Positions 10,554 through 20,800 of a stretch of 64,000 nt of DNA are shown here, one piece after another; the first letter of the stretch is position 1, and every line of letters starts with the position of its first letter. A program made the translations under genes and the position numbers. Source of the stretch: Spirulina sp. (GTDB lineage: Bacteria > Cyanobacteriota > Cyanobacteriia > Phormidesmidales > Phormidesmidaceae); contig JBIPSI010000020.1 of assembly GCA_044070495.1 (NCBI GenBank), forward strand, positions 43,122-107,121. The letters run 5' to 3'. The notes under the pieces are model-generated. The model ran no database searches. It saw only the letters and a program-made list of their open reading frames with translations, and was not told the DNA's origin.

Positions 10554-13500
10554 TCAGGAGGGGGTCGTTAGCTGAGCTTGCCATAGGGCCATCGCCATCT
10601 GGTTCAATAGGGTTTCTGCGTCAAAGGGCTTATCCAAAAAGGCGTTGGCCCCCAAGGCTCGGGCGAGGGTTTCGTGGCTGGGAATACCGCTAAAGGCGAC
10701 GATCGGCACCTCGGTATTGTGGGCGCGTAGGATTTCGATCAAGGTTAGGCCGTCTACGACGGGCATCATGATGTCGGTCATGACGAGCTGAATGGTGTCT
10801 TGGTGCTGTTGGTACAGTGCTAGGGCGGCGGCCCCATCCTCGGCCAGGATGAGGTGATAGTGGTGGCTTTCGAGGAGCGAACGCAACATTTCGCGCAGGA
10901 TTTCTTCGTCCTCCGCCAGCAGCACCGTTGCCCCTGGGGGGCTGGGGAGGATGGGCCGTGGCGAGGCTTCCTCATCTCCGGGGACAGGGTCGGCAACCTG
11001 GGGAAGGTATATCTGAAACCGGGTACCCTGGCCCACTTCGCTCCAAACCTGTAAAAAGCCGCCGCTGTCCTTCACCAATTCGCGCACGGTGGCCAAACCC
11101 AAGCCGGTGCCCTGTTTGGGGGCTTTGGTGGTAAAAAACGGTTCAAACATCCGCCTTTGCACCTCAGGGGTAATGCCGATGCCGGTGTCGGCCACGGTAA
11201 TCACCAGGTAGGGGCCACTATGGGCCTCTGGAATTTGGCTGGCCATGGCCTCGTCCACCTGGGTTTGGGCCACCGCCAGGGTGAGGGTGCCGCCCTTGGG
11301 CATGGCGTCGCGGGCGTTGACGCATAGGTTGAGGAGGATCTGGTGCAGGTAGGTGGGGTCGGCCATAATTCTGCCCAGGGGCGCGGTAACGGGGTCTGAT
11401 GGGGGCAAACTAGCCTGAATTCGGATAGATTTCGGAAAACTTTGCTGAATTAGCGCAATTTCCTCCCATAGCAATGCCACCGGATCGACAGGGATGGGAT
11501 CGCCGTTGGGGGCGCGGGTGACCGCCAGAATTTGTTTAACTAGGTTGGCTCCCCGTTGGGCACTCCGTTCGATTAGGGCGAGTTGATCCTGCCCCTTGTC
11601 GTCTAGCCCTGGCTGGGTCTGCCCCAGGTTTTGGGCCATGGTCAAAATGGGGGTGAGGACGTTGTTGAGGTCGTGGGCGATGCCGCTGGCCAAGGTGCCC
11701 AGATTCTCTAGCCATTGGGCATGGTAAAACTGGGCTTCCATCGCCTTCCGTTCAGTGATGTCGGTGGAGATGCCGCCGAGGGCGTAGGGTTGGCCCTCGG
11801 CATCGTAGAGGGGAAACTTGACGGTGATGTAGCTGTGATTACCATCGGCAAGGGGAACCGTCTCCTCAACTTGCAGCCGTTGGCCCGTGTCTAGCACCGT
11901 GTGGTTTTGAGCAGCAAAGAGATCGGCGGTCTTGGTGGGCCACACCCCATGGATGGGCTTGCCGATCAGGGCTTCTGGCGTGGTCGCGAGCTGTTGGGCA
12001 TAGCTCTGGTTGACCAGCAGATGCCGGTTCTGCCTATCGATGAGATAAATGATGGCAGGGGAGTTGTCTAGAATGGCCTGGAGCCGTCGCTCACTGGCCC
12101 GCAGAGCCTGTTCGGTGGTGCGCCGTTCAGTGATGTCTACGGCGGTGCAGACATGGCCAATAATTTCTTGGTGGCTGGCCTGAATGGGGGCAAAACCCAT
12201 GGAAATCCAGCGAATGGTTCCGGTTGGGGTTAGCAGCCGAACGTCGGGCGGGCTTTGGAGGTCGTCACCTTCTAAATAACTGGCCCAGGCGGTGGATAGG
12301 GCCTCATAATCGTCGGGATGAACGCTATGAAGCCAGCCAGCCCCCAGGCAGTCTTCGTAGCTAAACCCTGAGAGTTCGCACCAGCGGGGGTTGACGTATA
12401 GGCAAACGCCATCGGCATTGGTCTGACAAATGCCAATGGGGGCCGCTGTACTGAGGGAACGAAAGCGGGCCTCACTTTCCTCCAGCACCGTCTGCATGGC
12501 CTCCCGTGCAGCGAGCTCGTTGCGGGCCTGGGCGTAGAGTTCAGACTGGTGGATGGCAATGCCCACCTGGGTAGTCAACCGCTTCAGCAGGGCAATGTCT
12601 GAACCTTGCCACTGGCGCGGGGCATCACACTGATGGGCGATCAACAATCCCCAAAGGATCTTTCCCCTAAAAATCGGTACGGCCAAACTAGCCTGCACCT
12701 GAAACTGCTGCAACAGATCCACGTAGCAAGGTTCTAAACCGGGCTGACGAATGTCGTCTAAGACCGCCACATGGCCCCGGCGAAAGGGTTCAATTAAGCG
12801 ATCAGCAAAGCAGGGGTCGGCAATGGTCGTGGACTGAATCGCTGTCCACCCATCGCCCACCGATTCCATCACCACATCGCCCTGCCAGTTGGGCCAAAAG
12901 CGAAAAATGACGACGCGATCACAACTCAGCCAATCTCGCACCCGATTCACCGCCGTGCAGAGTACCTGGCTAAGATCGAGGGACTGGCGAATTTCCTGGG
13001 CAATGTCGCCCAGCAAATACTCCTGGCGAATTTGCTGCTCTAGGGTAAGGGCAGCCACCTTACGATCGGTGACATCGCTAAATAAGACAGCCGCCTGGCG
13101 GGTTCTCCCATCGCCAATCCGCGAGACATAGGACGAATACCAGCGTTTGGTGTGTTCGTTATAGTTCTCTAGGCGAATGGGCTGCCCGGTCCGCACAACT
13201 TGCTCGTAGACGGCAAGGCAGTGGGCGTTTGTGGTTGGCGTAATCTCGCCGCCCAACCGACCCACGACGTTTTTTAAACCGGTCTGCCGTTCAAAGGCTG
13301 GGTTGACTTCCATAAAGCGGTAATCCACTGGATTACCAGCTTCGTCCTCAATCAACTCGATAATACAGAAGCCCTCATCCATCAAATTAAATAAAGATTG
13401 ATACCTGGCTTCCGAAACCTGAAGGGTCTGTTCGGCGTAGGCCCGTTCGATGCGGGGAAAGGTGCGGTTGGCCACCTCTTGAATCAGATCAATCTCATCG

Positions 13501-14342
13501 TTACGCCAGCGGCGGACGGCGGAATCACCGACTACAAACAGGTATTTCCAAACCCCTTGGCGATGAAAGGGCACGGCAATGTAGGCATAGGCCTTGAGGG
13601 CAGCGTAGCGCTGGCTATCGACGCGAGGATCGCTCTGGGTATCGTTGATGATAATGGGGTCTCCGGCCCGTGCCGCCCGCCGGAAATCTTCGTTGATAAA
13701 GTCGGAGAGACAATATCTCCCCGCCACCTCTGGGGTATCGGCGGTGTGCCAGGCGTGGTAAGCCATCGCCTGATCGTGTTCCTCGTCAATTTCAAAAAAC
13801 AGGCAGGTGGTCGTCGCTAGATACGCGCCTACCTTTGCGCCGATGGCCTGCATAATGTCCTGGGCGGTCGAAAGCCGAGAAAAGTCATCCTCAAGGCTGG
13901 CAAAAAAGACCAGGTGCGCGGCGATGCTTTTGAGATCCGGCACCGTATCCACCGTGAGAAGACGGCCTGAGGCTGCCCCAGAGGACGGCGCAGCAACCAC
14001 TTCTCCATACTGCGGATTGAGCTGATACCCCCGCCGAGGCACCGTTTTCACCAGGTCTGCCGGGGCACCGTGCTCGCAAAGCACCCGGCGCAACCGCTGG
14101 ATCTGGGTACGAATCTCGCTATCCCTGGGAGGAGCTAAGCCACCCCAGCCGCGCTCTGCCATGGCGTGGGCACTCAGAATGGCGGGAGCCCAACGCAGCA
14201 AGATTTCCAGCAGCCGGTATTGCAGAGGCGTTAAGGGCAGATCTGTCTCACCATAGCTCACCTGTAGCTGGCTAGGATCTAAGCACAGGGAACCCCATCT
14301 CAACACCGGGGACTTTAGCTGATTAGAACGATGATTCTGCAT
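10554..14342 (-). CDS. Hybrid histidine kinase: wHTH-GAF-PAS-GAF(cyanobacteriochrome)-PAS-PAS-HisKA-HATPase-REC
   Basis: N-terminal trans_reg_C (LTPLQYRLLEIL...IRTQIQRLRRVL...KTVPRRGYQL); GAF with DPCF and PCY; GIAHDLNNVLTPI; FFTTK..GTGLGL; C-terminal receiver TDIMMP. Confidence 0.9.
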   Translation of the reverse strand: MQNHRSNQLKSPVLRWGSLCLDPSQLQVSYGETDLPLTPLQYRLLEILLRWAPAILSAHAMAERGWGGLAPPRDSEIRTQIQRLRRVLCEHGAPADLVKTVPRRGYQLNPQYGEVVAAPSSGAASGRLLTVDTVPDLKSIAAHLVFFASLEDDFSRLSTAQDIMQAIGAKVGAYLATTTCLFFEIDEEHDQAMAYHAWHTADTPEVAGRYCLSDFINEDFRRAARAGDPIIINDTQSDPRVDSQRYAALKAYAYIAVPFHRQGVWKYLFVVGDSAVRRWRNDEIDLIQEVANRTFPRIERAYAEQTLQVSEARYQSLFNLMDEGFCIIELIEDEAGNPVDYRFMEVNPAFERQTGLKNVVGRLGGEITPTTNAHCLAVYEQVVRTGQPIRLENYNEHTKRWYSSYVSRIGDGRTRQAAVLFSDVTDRKVAALTLEQQIRQEYLLGDIAQEIRQSLDLSQVLCTAVNRVRDWLSCDRVVIFRFWPNWQGDVVMESVGDGWTAIQSTTIADPCFADRLIEPFRRGHVAVLDDIRQPGLEPCYVDLLQQFQVQASLAVPIFRGKILWGLLIAHQCDAPRQWQGSDIALLKRLTTQVGIAIHQSELYAQARNELAAREAMQTVLEESEARFRSLSTAAPIGICQTNADGVCLYVNPRWCELSGFSYEDCLGAGWLHSVHPDDYEALSTAWASYLEGDDLQSPPDVRLLTPTGTIRWISMGFAPIQASHQEIIGHVCTAVDITERRTTEQALRASERRLQAILDNSPAIIYLIDRQNRHLLVNQSYAQQLATTPEALIGKPIHGVWPTKTADLFAAQNHTVLDTGQRLQVEETVPLADGNHSYITVKFPLYDAEGQPYALGGISTDITERKAMEAQFYHAQWLENLGTLASGIAHDLNNVLTPILTMAQNLGQTQPGLDDKGQDQLALIERSAQRGANLVKQILAVTRAPNGDPIPVDPVALLWEEIALIQQSFPKSIRIQASLPPSDPVTAPLGRIMADPTYLHQILLNLCVNARDAMPKGGTLTLAVAQTQVDEAMASQIPEAHSGPYLVITVADTGIGITPEVQRRMFEPFFTTKAPKQGTGLGLATVRELVKDSGGFLQVWSEVGQGTRFQIYLPQVADPVPGDEEASPRPILPSPPGATVLLAEDEEILREMLRSLLESHHYHLILAEDGAAALALYQQHQDTIQLVMTDIMMPVVDGLTLIEILRAHNTEVPIVAFSGIPSHETLARALGANAFLDKPFDAETLLNQMAMALWQAQLTTPS

Positions 14343-15018
14343 GACAACGAGTTCGGATTTTCAGCGGAACTTAAACAACGGTTCACCCCATTGATGAAAG
14401 AAACGCAAGCTATTAGAGTACCTATCGAAGGTTTATTGCCGACTCTTCAAGACAGGCGCGATCACCCGTTTTTAGGTTTTTCTGCCACGCCCTGCATTTC
14501 TCTCAATGATAACCTCCTTCACAAATTCCTTACAAGTATCTTGCATAATCTTAAAGAAGAAAGTAGTTCACCTTTTAAGGGCAGATAATGTAAAGCTATA
14601 TAAACGCCATTGTCCTGATGGGTTCGATTGAGAAAAATAAATTTTGAATAAATTTCAGGTGTTTTGTAAGTCTCGTTAGATTCACACTTTTAGATCATCA
14701 CAGTTTTAGATCAATAGAGTTTGCATCCTATCATCAGGCAAGGTTAACAAAAATGAACATAGCATCAACCATAAAATCAAGATCTTTTCACATGTCTTGC
14801 CAGCGATGCAAATACTATCAACACCAAGGCAGACGGGGTGGGCAGTGTCATCGGCTCGATGTACCCGTTAAAGCCGATTGGCGTGCCTGTTCCTTAGCTA
14901 TTTCTGTATTTTTAGCCGCCTAGGATCGGTCTATTCTTCCTGATTGACTGGCAAAACTTGCCAGAACTGCCACAGGCTCAGGAAACTTAATCCCCTGATT
15001 GCCTGACACATCTTCTAT

Positions 15019-15103
15019 GTAGGTTAGGTGCAGCGATGCGGAACCCAACACTCGCCGAGGATTTCGAGCTTGTTGGGTTCTGCTATCGCGCCGTCCAACC
15101 TAC
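15019..15103. repeat. REP doublet (GTAG-type), second copy
   Basis: GTAGGTTAGGTG...GTTGGGTTCTGCTATCGCGCC..CCAACCTAC, homologous to 8929-9013. Confidence 0.8.
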
Positions 15104-15328
15104 CGAACGATACCTGAGACAACCCTTTTCAAACCCCCTCAAAGAGACTCATTCATTGACACAAAACCTTAGCGAAATGGAAGGTGGCGAATGGCCTACT
15201 ACCTTTCTACAAGTACCTTGACAGCGCATAGCCAAGCGCATTCTTCTTCTTAGGTTCTTGTATATCTAAGGACATTTTTCGGTTACCATATCCCTTACAT
15301 TTTTTCTTTGTTGCCCCCGGTATTCGAT

Positions 15329-15631
15329 ATGATCATCTCTTTAAGTTCCATCACCCATCGAACCAGTCAACTTTTCAGCCAATCAGGCTCAGCCCTGAAG
15401 CAATTTTTGAGGCCCCAACAGCCTTGGTGGGTGAAAATTCACACTCAAAACCCAACCTATACCTACTACTTTGGGCCTTTTGATGGTAAGGCAGAGGCTA
15501 TGGTGGCACAGGCAGGCTACGTTGAAGACTTAGAGCAGGAAAATGCTCAGAATATTCGGCTTGAAGTGAATCAATTTTCTCCCCAGCAGCTAACGATTGA
15601 TGAAGACGTGCTATCTCCGCTAGCTCGCTGA
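15329..15631 (+). CDS. DUF1816 domain protein
   Basis: WWVKIHTQNPTYTYYFGPF...GYVEDLEQENAQNI. Confidence 0.85.
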   Translation: MIISLSSITHRTSQLFSQSGSALKQFLRPQQPWWVKIHTQNPTYTYYFGPFDGKAEAMVAQAGYVEDLEQENAQNIRLEVNQFSPQQLTIDEDVLSPLAR

Positions 15632-15733
15632 GTAACCAGCAATTCTCAGTATGACTAGGCTGGTGAATAAAATACCGCTCAGGCTGAGGGCGAACGGCCA
15701 ATTTGCCAAAATGAGAATTGCTGCTGAGTAACA

Positions 15734-15931
15734 AACCTGAGTTCGGGTTAAGCTCAGCAGCCCTATGCCCTGGCAGCCCTCACCCCCAGCCCCTCTCCCA
15801 CGAGGAGAGGGGAGCTAGAAAGGCTCAAAGTCCCTCTCCCTTGGGGAGAGGGATTTAGGGTGAGGGCTGAAGTACAAGCTGGCAGTAGGTTTCTCAAGAT
15901 TGAAGTGTTTGGCTTATCCCGAACTGAGGTT
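15734..15931. mobile_element. MITE with 20-bp terminal inverted repeats and 4-bp target duplication, containing a nested hairpin repeat (15776-15867)
   Basis: Left AACCTGAGTTCGGGTTAAGC, right GCTTATCCCGAACTGAGGTT (2 mismatches); AACA directly flanks both ends. Confidence 0.75.
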
Positions 15932-16032
15932 AACAAGGTATGCCCAAGGAGGGATTGGGTATCCCCTTGCTACGCCCAGCATAGCCGCTACCCGCTATCG
16001 GCGGCGGCTTGACTATGTCCACGCCATGATGC

Positions 16033-16635
16033 CTACAGTTCAGAGTCAACGGGAAGGCCGCTGGGGGTTTGAAGGGAGCGACCATCCACAGGGGTGGCCA
16101 CTGGCGCAGGGATCGGGAAGGCGGGTTCATCGATGGCAATGTGAAGGGTCTCGCCGGGAACCCCATGCGGCCCTTGGGCCACCGACCACCGGGCTGGGCC
16201 AGATCCCATGGTGCCCGATAGCAGGTTTAAGACGCCCACAATGGCAACGCCTGCCCCGGCCATGGTAACCATCCGCAGCCGACGATTGAGGCATTGAAAC
16301 ACCCCGGAGAGGGTGACTTCTGGATCGCAAGGGGTGTTACAGGCATCCTCTCGCAGACCATGGCGCAGCGCCATAAGGCGGTTGTATAGGCACTTGGCGG
16401 TGGGGTCATTGTGGAGCCAAGTTTGGACAAGGCGACGCTCCTCCGGGGTCACTTCCCCATCGAGGTAGGCGCTCAGCAGTTCAAAGCGATCTCGTTTCAT
16501 TACATCTAGGTCCGAACACATCGCTACAGCGGAACCGAACCGGGGACTGACTTGGCCGTAGTGGCCCCCGCGACCTTGGAGTGAAACCGGCGTGTAAGGG
16601 GAGGTGGACATACCGAAAACAGCACCTAAAGTCAT
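16033..16635 (-). CDS. Transmembrane anti-sigma factor family protein
   Basis: RDRFELLSAYLDGEVTPEERRLVQTWL followed by one TM helix; start uncertain. Confidence 0.8.
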   Translation of the reverse strand: MTLGAVFGMSTSPYTPVSLQGRGGHYGQVSPRFGSAVAMCSDLDVMKRDRFELLSAYLDGEVTPEERRLVQTWLHNDPTAKCLYNRLMALRHGLREDACNTPCDPEVTLSGVFQCLNRRLRMVTMAGAGVAIVGVLNLLSGTMGSGPARWSVAQGPHGVPGETLHIAIDEPAFPIPAPVATPVDGRSLQTPSGLPVDSEL

Positions 16636-17035
16636 GACACTAGACGACAGAGGCGACTCCCAGGTTTCCCAGGCTGGGGATCGGGCATTGGCCTATTACA
16701 TTGAGAAGCCAGAACTGATCATAAGCGGAATTTCTAAAAATCGGTAATCCCCCTTAGAAGAATTCGTTATTTCTTTAGGGCAGATTGGCAAATCAGCCCT
16801 GTCAAGGTAAGAGGGCGTTTACTCCCTGGTGGTCGTGGCCAGAGTCCCTCAGTCTATCGGCGTTTGGGGAATAGTTGAACCCCCTTGACAGGGCTGAGAT
16901 TAGCCAATCTACGAACAGCGCTAGATGGCTTCCACCGGATCCCATCTAGGGCGCAGTCATGGGCCATTTCCTTTGCCGAGGGGGATGGCCGTGAGCTAGG
17001 GTTAGAACCAGTGCTCTCGAACGACTGCCCCTGTG

Positions 17036-18250
17036 ATGACTTCCTCCGCCACCCACCCATCGACCGCCGACCTCGACAGGCTACTTCACCATCGTCAGAC
17101 CTTTCCCGCCCTTCAGCGGAGCCAGTATTTTAACTACGGTGGCCAAGGCCCCATGGCGACGGTGGCCCTAGAGGCCATGGCCGAAACCCATCGCCACATT
17201 CAAACCGTGGGGCCGTTTTCCAACACGGTGAACCAGTGGATTGGGGCCGAGGCCGCCCGTACCCGTGAGGCCATCGCCGCCGAGTTGGGCACCACCGCCG
17301 CCACCATTACCCTCACCGAAGACGTGACCGTGGGCTGCAATATCCCCCTGTGGGGAATGCCCTGGCAGGCGGGCGACCATATTCTGCTGTCCGACTGTGA
17401 ACACCCTGGGGTGATTGCGGCGGTAGAAGAAATTAGCCGTCGCTACGGCGTCACCCACAGCCCTTGCCCCCTGCTGGAGACGGTGAACGGCGGCGACCCG
17501 GTGGCGGTGATTGATCGCGCCCTGCAACCCAATACCCGCCTGCTGGTGATCAGCCATGTGTTTTGGAATACGGGCCAAGTGCTTCCCCTCCAGGCCATCG
17601 TGGATCTCTGCCATAGTCGGCCCCAGCCCGTGCGGGTGTTTGTGGATGCGGCCCAGTCGGTGGGGGTGCTGCCCCTGGATTTGCCTGCCCTGGGGGTGGA
17701 TTTCTATGCCTTTACGGGGCATAAGTGGTGGTGTGGGCCGGGGGGATTGGGTGGCTTGTACGTTAGCCCAGCGGCCCTAGAGGCCATTCATCCCACCTTC
17801 ATCGGCTGGCGCAGCATCACCACCGATGCCACCGGAAACCCCACGGGGTGGCAGCCCAACGGCCAACGCTTTGAAGTGGCCACCTCTGACTACGCCCTCC
17901 AGGCTGGACTGCGGGCCGCCCTAGCCCACCAGGCCACCTGGGGCACCGCCGAAGAACGCTACCAGCGCATCTGCCAACTCAGCCAGCGGCTTTGGCAGCA
18001 GTTGAACACCCTTCCCCATCTGCGCCCAGTGCGGCAAACGCCCCCCGATTCGGGCCTGATTTCCTTTTGGGTGCTGCACAACGGCGAACCCTCCCCCCAA
18101 CACCACCGGCAACTGGTAAACACCCTAGAATCCGAGGGCATCTTCCTGCGTACCCTGCTGTCGCCCAACTGTGTGCGGGCCTGCGTCCACTACCTCACCC
18201 TAGAATCCGAGGTCGATGCCCTAACGGAACGCTTGCGCCACTCGGTATGA
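17036..18250 (+). CDS. Class V PLP aminotransferase, L-cysteine/cystine lyase-like
   Basis: [35 protein letters not shown]. Confidence 0.9.
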   Translation: MTSSATHPSTADLDRLLHHRQTFPALQRSQYFNYGGQGPMATVALEAMAETHRHIQTVGPFSNTVNQWIGAEAARTREAIAAELGTTAATITLTEDVTVGCNIPLWGMPWQAGDHILLSDCEHPGVIAAVEEISRRYGVTHSPCPLLETVNGGDPVAVIDRALQPNTRLLVISHVFWNTGQVLPLQAIVDLCHSRPQPVRVFVDAAQSVGVLPLDLPALGVDFYAFTGHKWWCGPGGLGGLYVSPAALEAIHPTFIGWRSITTDATGNPTGWQPNGQRFEVATSDYALQAGLRAALAHQATWGTAEERYQRICQLSQRLWQQLNTLPHLRPVRQTPPDSGLISFWVLHNGEPSPQHHRQLVNTLESEGIFLRTLLSPNCVRACVHYLTLESEVDALTERLRHSV

Positions 18251-18290
18251 TGGGGCCGATGCCCTCTCCCCGCTGCTCCCAGCTACTGCC

Positions 18291-18860
18291 ATGTCCCACG
18301 ACACCACAACGGCTCTGGTTCTCCAGGCCCTCCAGTTTGCGGCTCTCAAACATCGGGATCAACGCCGTAAGGATGCGGCGGCTTCCCCCTACGTCAACCA
18401 CCTGATTACCGTGGCGAACCTCTTGGCCAACACCGGGGCCGTCACCGACGCCGTTACCCTGATGGGGGGCATTCTGCACGACACCATCGAAGATACTGAA
18501 ACCACCCCCGACGAGCTAGAGGCCGCCTTTGGCCCAAGGGTGCGCCAGGTGGTGCAGGAGGTCACCGACGATAAGCGCCTCCCCAAGGCGGATCGCAAGC
18601 GAATTCAGATCGAGAAAGCGCCTCACCTGTCTATCCACGCCCGCCAGATCAAGCTGGCCGACAAAATTTCCAATGTGCAGGATATCACCCACTCCCCCCC
18701 AGCCGCCTGGTCGTTGGAACGCTGCCAAGCATACCTAGCCTGGACGGAACAGGTTGTAGCGGGGTGCCGGGGGGCAAATCCGGCCCTAGAAGCCCTCTAC
18801 GACCAAGCCCTAGCGGCAGGCTGGCAGGCCCTAGGGAAGCCTACCCCCACGCCCAATTAG
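18291..18860 (+). CDS. HD-domain small alarmone hydrolase (Mesh1-like)
   Basis: [12 protein letters not shown]...PYVNHL...ILHDTIEDT...EVTDDK...IKLADKISN. Confidence 0.85.
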   Translation: MSHDTTTALVLQALQFAALKHRDQRRKDAAASPYVNHLITVANLLANTGAVTDAVTLMGGILHDTIEDTETTPDELEAAFGPRVRQVVQEVTDDKRLPKADRKRIQIEKAPHLSIHARQIKLADKISNVQDITHSPPAAWSLERCQAYLAWTEQVVAGCRGANPALEALYDQALAAGWQALGKPTPTPN

Positions 18861-18986
18861 GCCATCCTAATTCCCCGCCCGTCACACCGTAGGGGCGAGA
18901 TCTCCTCGCCCGGTTGAACCGGGGACAAGCCCTCAGGATGTCCTGAGGGAGGCAGGACGCCATGGCTTTGAACAGGGCTTGATCAT

Positions 18987-19022
18987 AAAAAAGACGCTTG
19001 ATCGCCTTGAGATCAAACGTCT
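18987..19022 (-). terminator. Intrinsic terminator on the minus strand with no annotated gene upstream
   Basis: AGACGTTTGATC-loop-GATCAAGCGTCT followed by a T-run on the minus strand. Confidence 0.55.
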
Positions 19023-19423
19023 ATAGCTGGAGATAAAGCCTGAGCTTAGAAAGCACGGGTTTCTTTCACCTGGAGCAACAGGGCCAAGACACAGTCCCTA
19101 GGGCCGCTAGCGCAGGGCTTGGGTTCCATGCTGTAGCCATTATGGGGATGGTTAGGCCGAGAAGCAAACGACAGGCCGTCAAAGATTTCTAACCCGACAA
19201 CTGCCCCTGCCGTTGGGATTTGGGGTATATCGAGGGGGTGGGCTGCGGATTGGGTTGTCGCGAACCCTGGGTAGCGATCCCTTGTCAAATAGCCCCTATT
19301 CAATAAACTATGGATATCGTCAAGGCAAAGCATGTTTGGTCTTGGCTGTGGGGCTGTCGGTGCCCTAGCCGATACCACCTCGGCTAAAGACGTTGTTTCG
19401 TACCCTGTCACCCTGCCTGAACC

Positions 19424-19864
19424 ATGGCTCCCCTTCCCTTGTCTCGTCCCCACCAGTTGACCCTTGGCCCCCTAGAACAGGAAATTTTGTCCATTCTGTG
19501 GCAGCGAGGTTCCGCCACGGTGAAGGACATTTTGGAAGAGATTTTGACAGATCTAGATCGCGATCTCAGCCAAGCTACGGTGACGACGGTGTTGCAGCGT
19601 CTCGCCAAAAAGGGTTGGGTGCGCCGAGAGCCAATCACCTTCTCCAGCCTGAAAGGCCGAAAGGGCTACGTGTGGCACCCCCAGGTGAGCCAGCAGGAAG
19701 CTAGGATGCTGCAATCCCACCGACAGCTTGAAGAATTCTTGGCCATCAGCAACCCAGACCTTGTCGCCGCCTTTGCTGATAGCCTAGATGCCACGGCCCT
19801 AGACCGCTTGGAAGCCATTGCCCGTCGTCTGCGGGATATCCGCGCCACCCAGGAGGATGCCTAA
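19424..19864 (+). CDS. BlaI/CopY family regulator (PetR-like)
   Basis: LGPLEQEILSILW..GSATVKDI...TVTTVLQRLAKKGW...NPDLVAAFADSLD; adjacent M56 peptidase. Confidence 0.85.
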   Translation: MAPLPLSRPHQLTLGPLEQEILSILWQRGSATVKDILEEILTDLDRDLSQATVTTVLQRLAKKGWVRREPITFSSLKGRKGYVWHPQVSQQEARMLQSHRQLEEFLAISNPDLVAAFADSLDATALDRLEAIARRLRDIRATQEDA

Positions 19865-19866
19865 CC

Positions 19867-20724
19867 ATGCACCTAGGACTTCTGTGCTTGACGATAACGG
19901 TGGCAGCGGTGGTGCGCTGGCGGTGGAAGCCAGGGTTAGGGACTTGGTCGCAGCGGTGGTGGTGGGCGGTGCTGGCCCTATGTTGTCCGATTTTTGGGCT
20001 GTTTTCTACGGCCATCGCCATTCTGGGCATGGGGCACCACGGCACCATGCTGGGTTGGGCGGTGGGGCCAACGGGTTGTCGCATCAGCCAACTAGTCCTA
20101 ATCGGCGGTCTGATGGCGGGGCTGTATGGGGTGTTCCAGGCCGGATGGACAACCTGGCGGTGGCGGCAATATCCGCTAACTCAGTTACCCCAGGGCATTC
20201 CCGCCCGCCTTATAGATACGGAAGTACCTATTGCCGCCCAGGTGGGGTTTTGGCGATCCGCCCTCATGGTCAGTCGTGGCTGGCTCGATCAGCTCTCTAG
20301 CGAAGAGCAGGCCATGGTTTTGGCCCACGAACAGGCCCATGCCTACTATCGCGATCCGCTGGGGTTTTGGCTGCTGGGCATGGTGCGGCAGCTCACGGCT
20401 TGGCTCCCTTGCACCCAAGCCCTTTGGCAAGAATTGCTGCTACTGCGGGAAATTCGGGCGGATCGCTGGGCGGCCCAACAGGCCCATCCCCTGGCGGTGG
20501 CAGAACTTTTGGTGAAAATGTCTCGCCAAACCATACTAGAAAAGGCTGTTCCGTCCTCCGCGCTGATCGGTTTCAGCAGCCCCGACGAGATGGATCGTCT
20601 AGAACAGCGGGTGGATGCCCTCCTAGAACCGATGCCTAGCGAGGAGACACCACCCCTGGGCAAGGTCGTCGTGGGGTTTACCCTTACCCTTCTGCCTCTC
20701 CTGGCCATGGGGCTGCACCATTAA
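19867..20724 (+). CDS. M56 membrane metallopeptidase (PetP-like)
   Basis: HEQAH zincin motif, N-terminal MH, MGHHGTM, LREIRADRWA. Confidence 0.85.
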   Translation: MHLGLLCLTITVAAVVRWRWKPGLGTWSQRWWWAVLALCCPIFGLFSTAIAILGMGHHGTMLGWAVGPTGCRISQLVLIGGLMAGLYGVFQAGWTTWRWRQYPLTQLPQGIPARLIDTEVPIAAQVGFWRSALMVSRGWLDQLSSEEQAMVLAHEQAHAYYRDPLGFWLLGMVRQLTAWLPCTQALWQELLLLREIRADRWAAQQAHPLAVAELLVKMSRQTILEKAVPSSALIGFSSPDEMDRLEQRVDALLEPMPSEETPPLGKVVVGFTLTLLPLLAMGLHH

Positions 20725-20800
20725 AGTAAGGCAAAATAAGGGTTCCCGGCATGGGGTGATGACTTCGTGCCGTCTTTGAATCGGGGAACCTTGGCATGGC

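Noticed and set aside
19130..19453. 135-aa minus-strand ORF 19046-19453 as a full gene
   Set aside because: Overlaps the BlaI start and promoter; only the last 27 codons retained as a candidate
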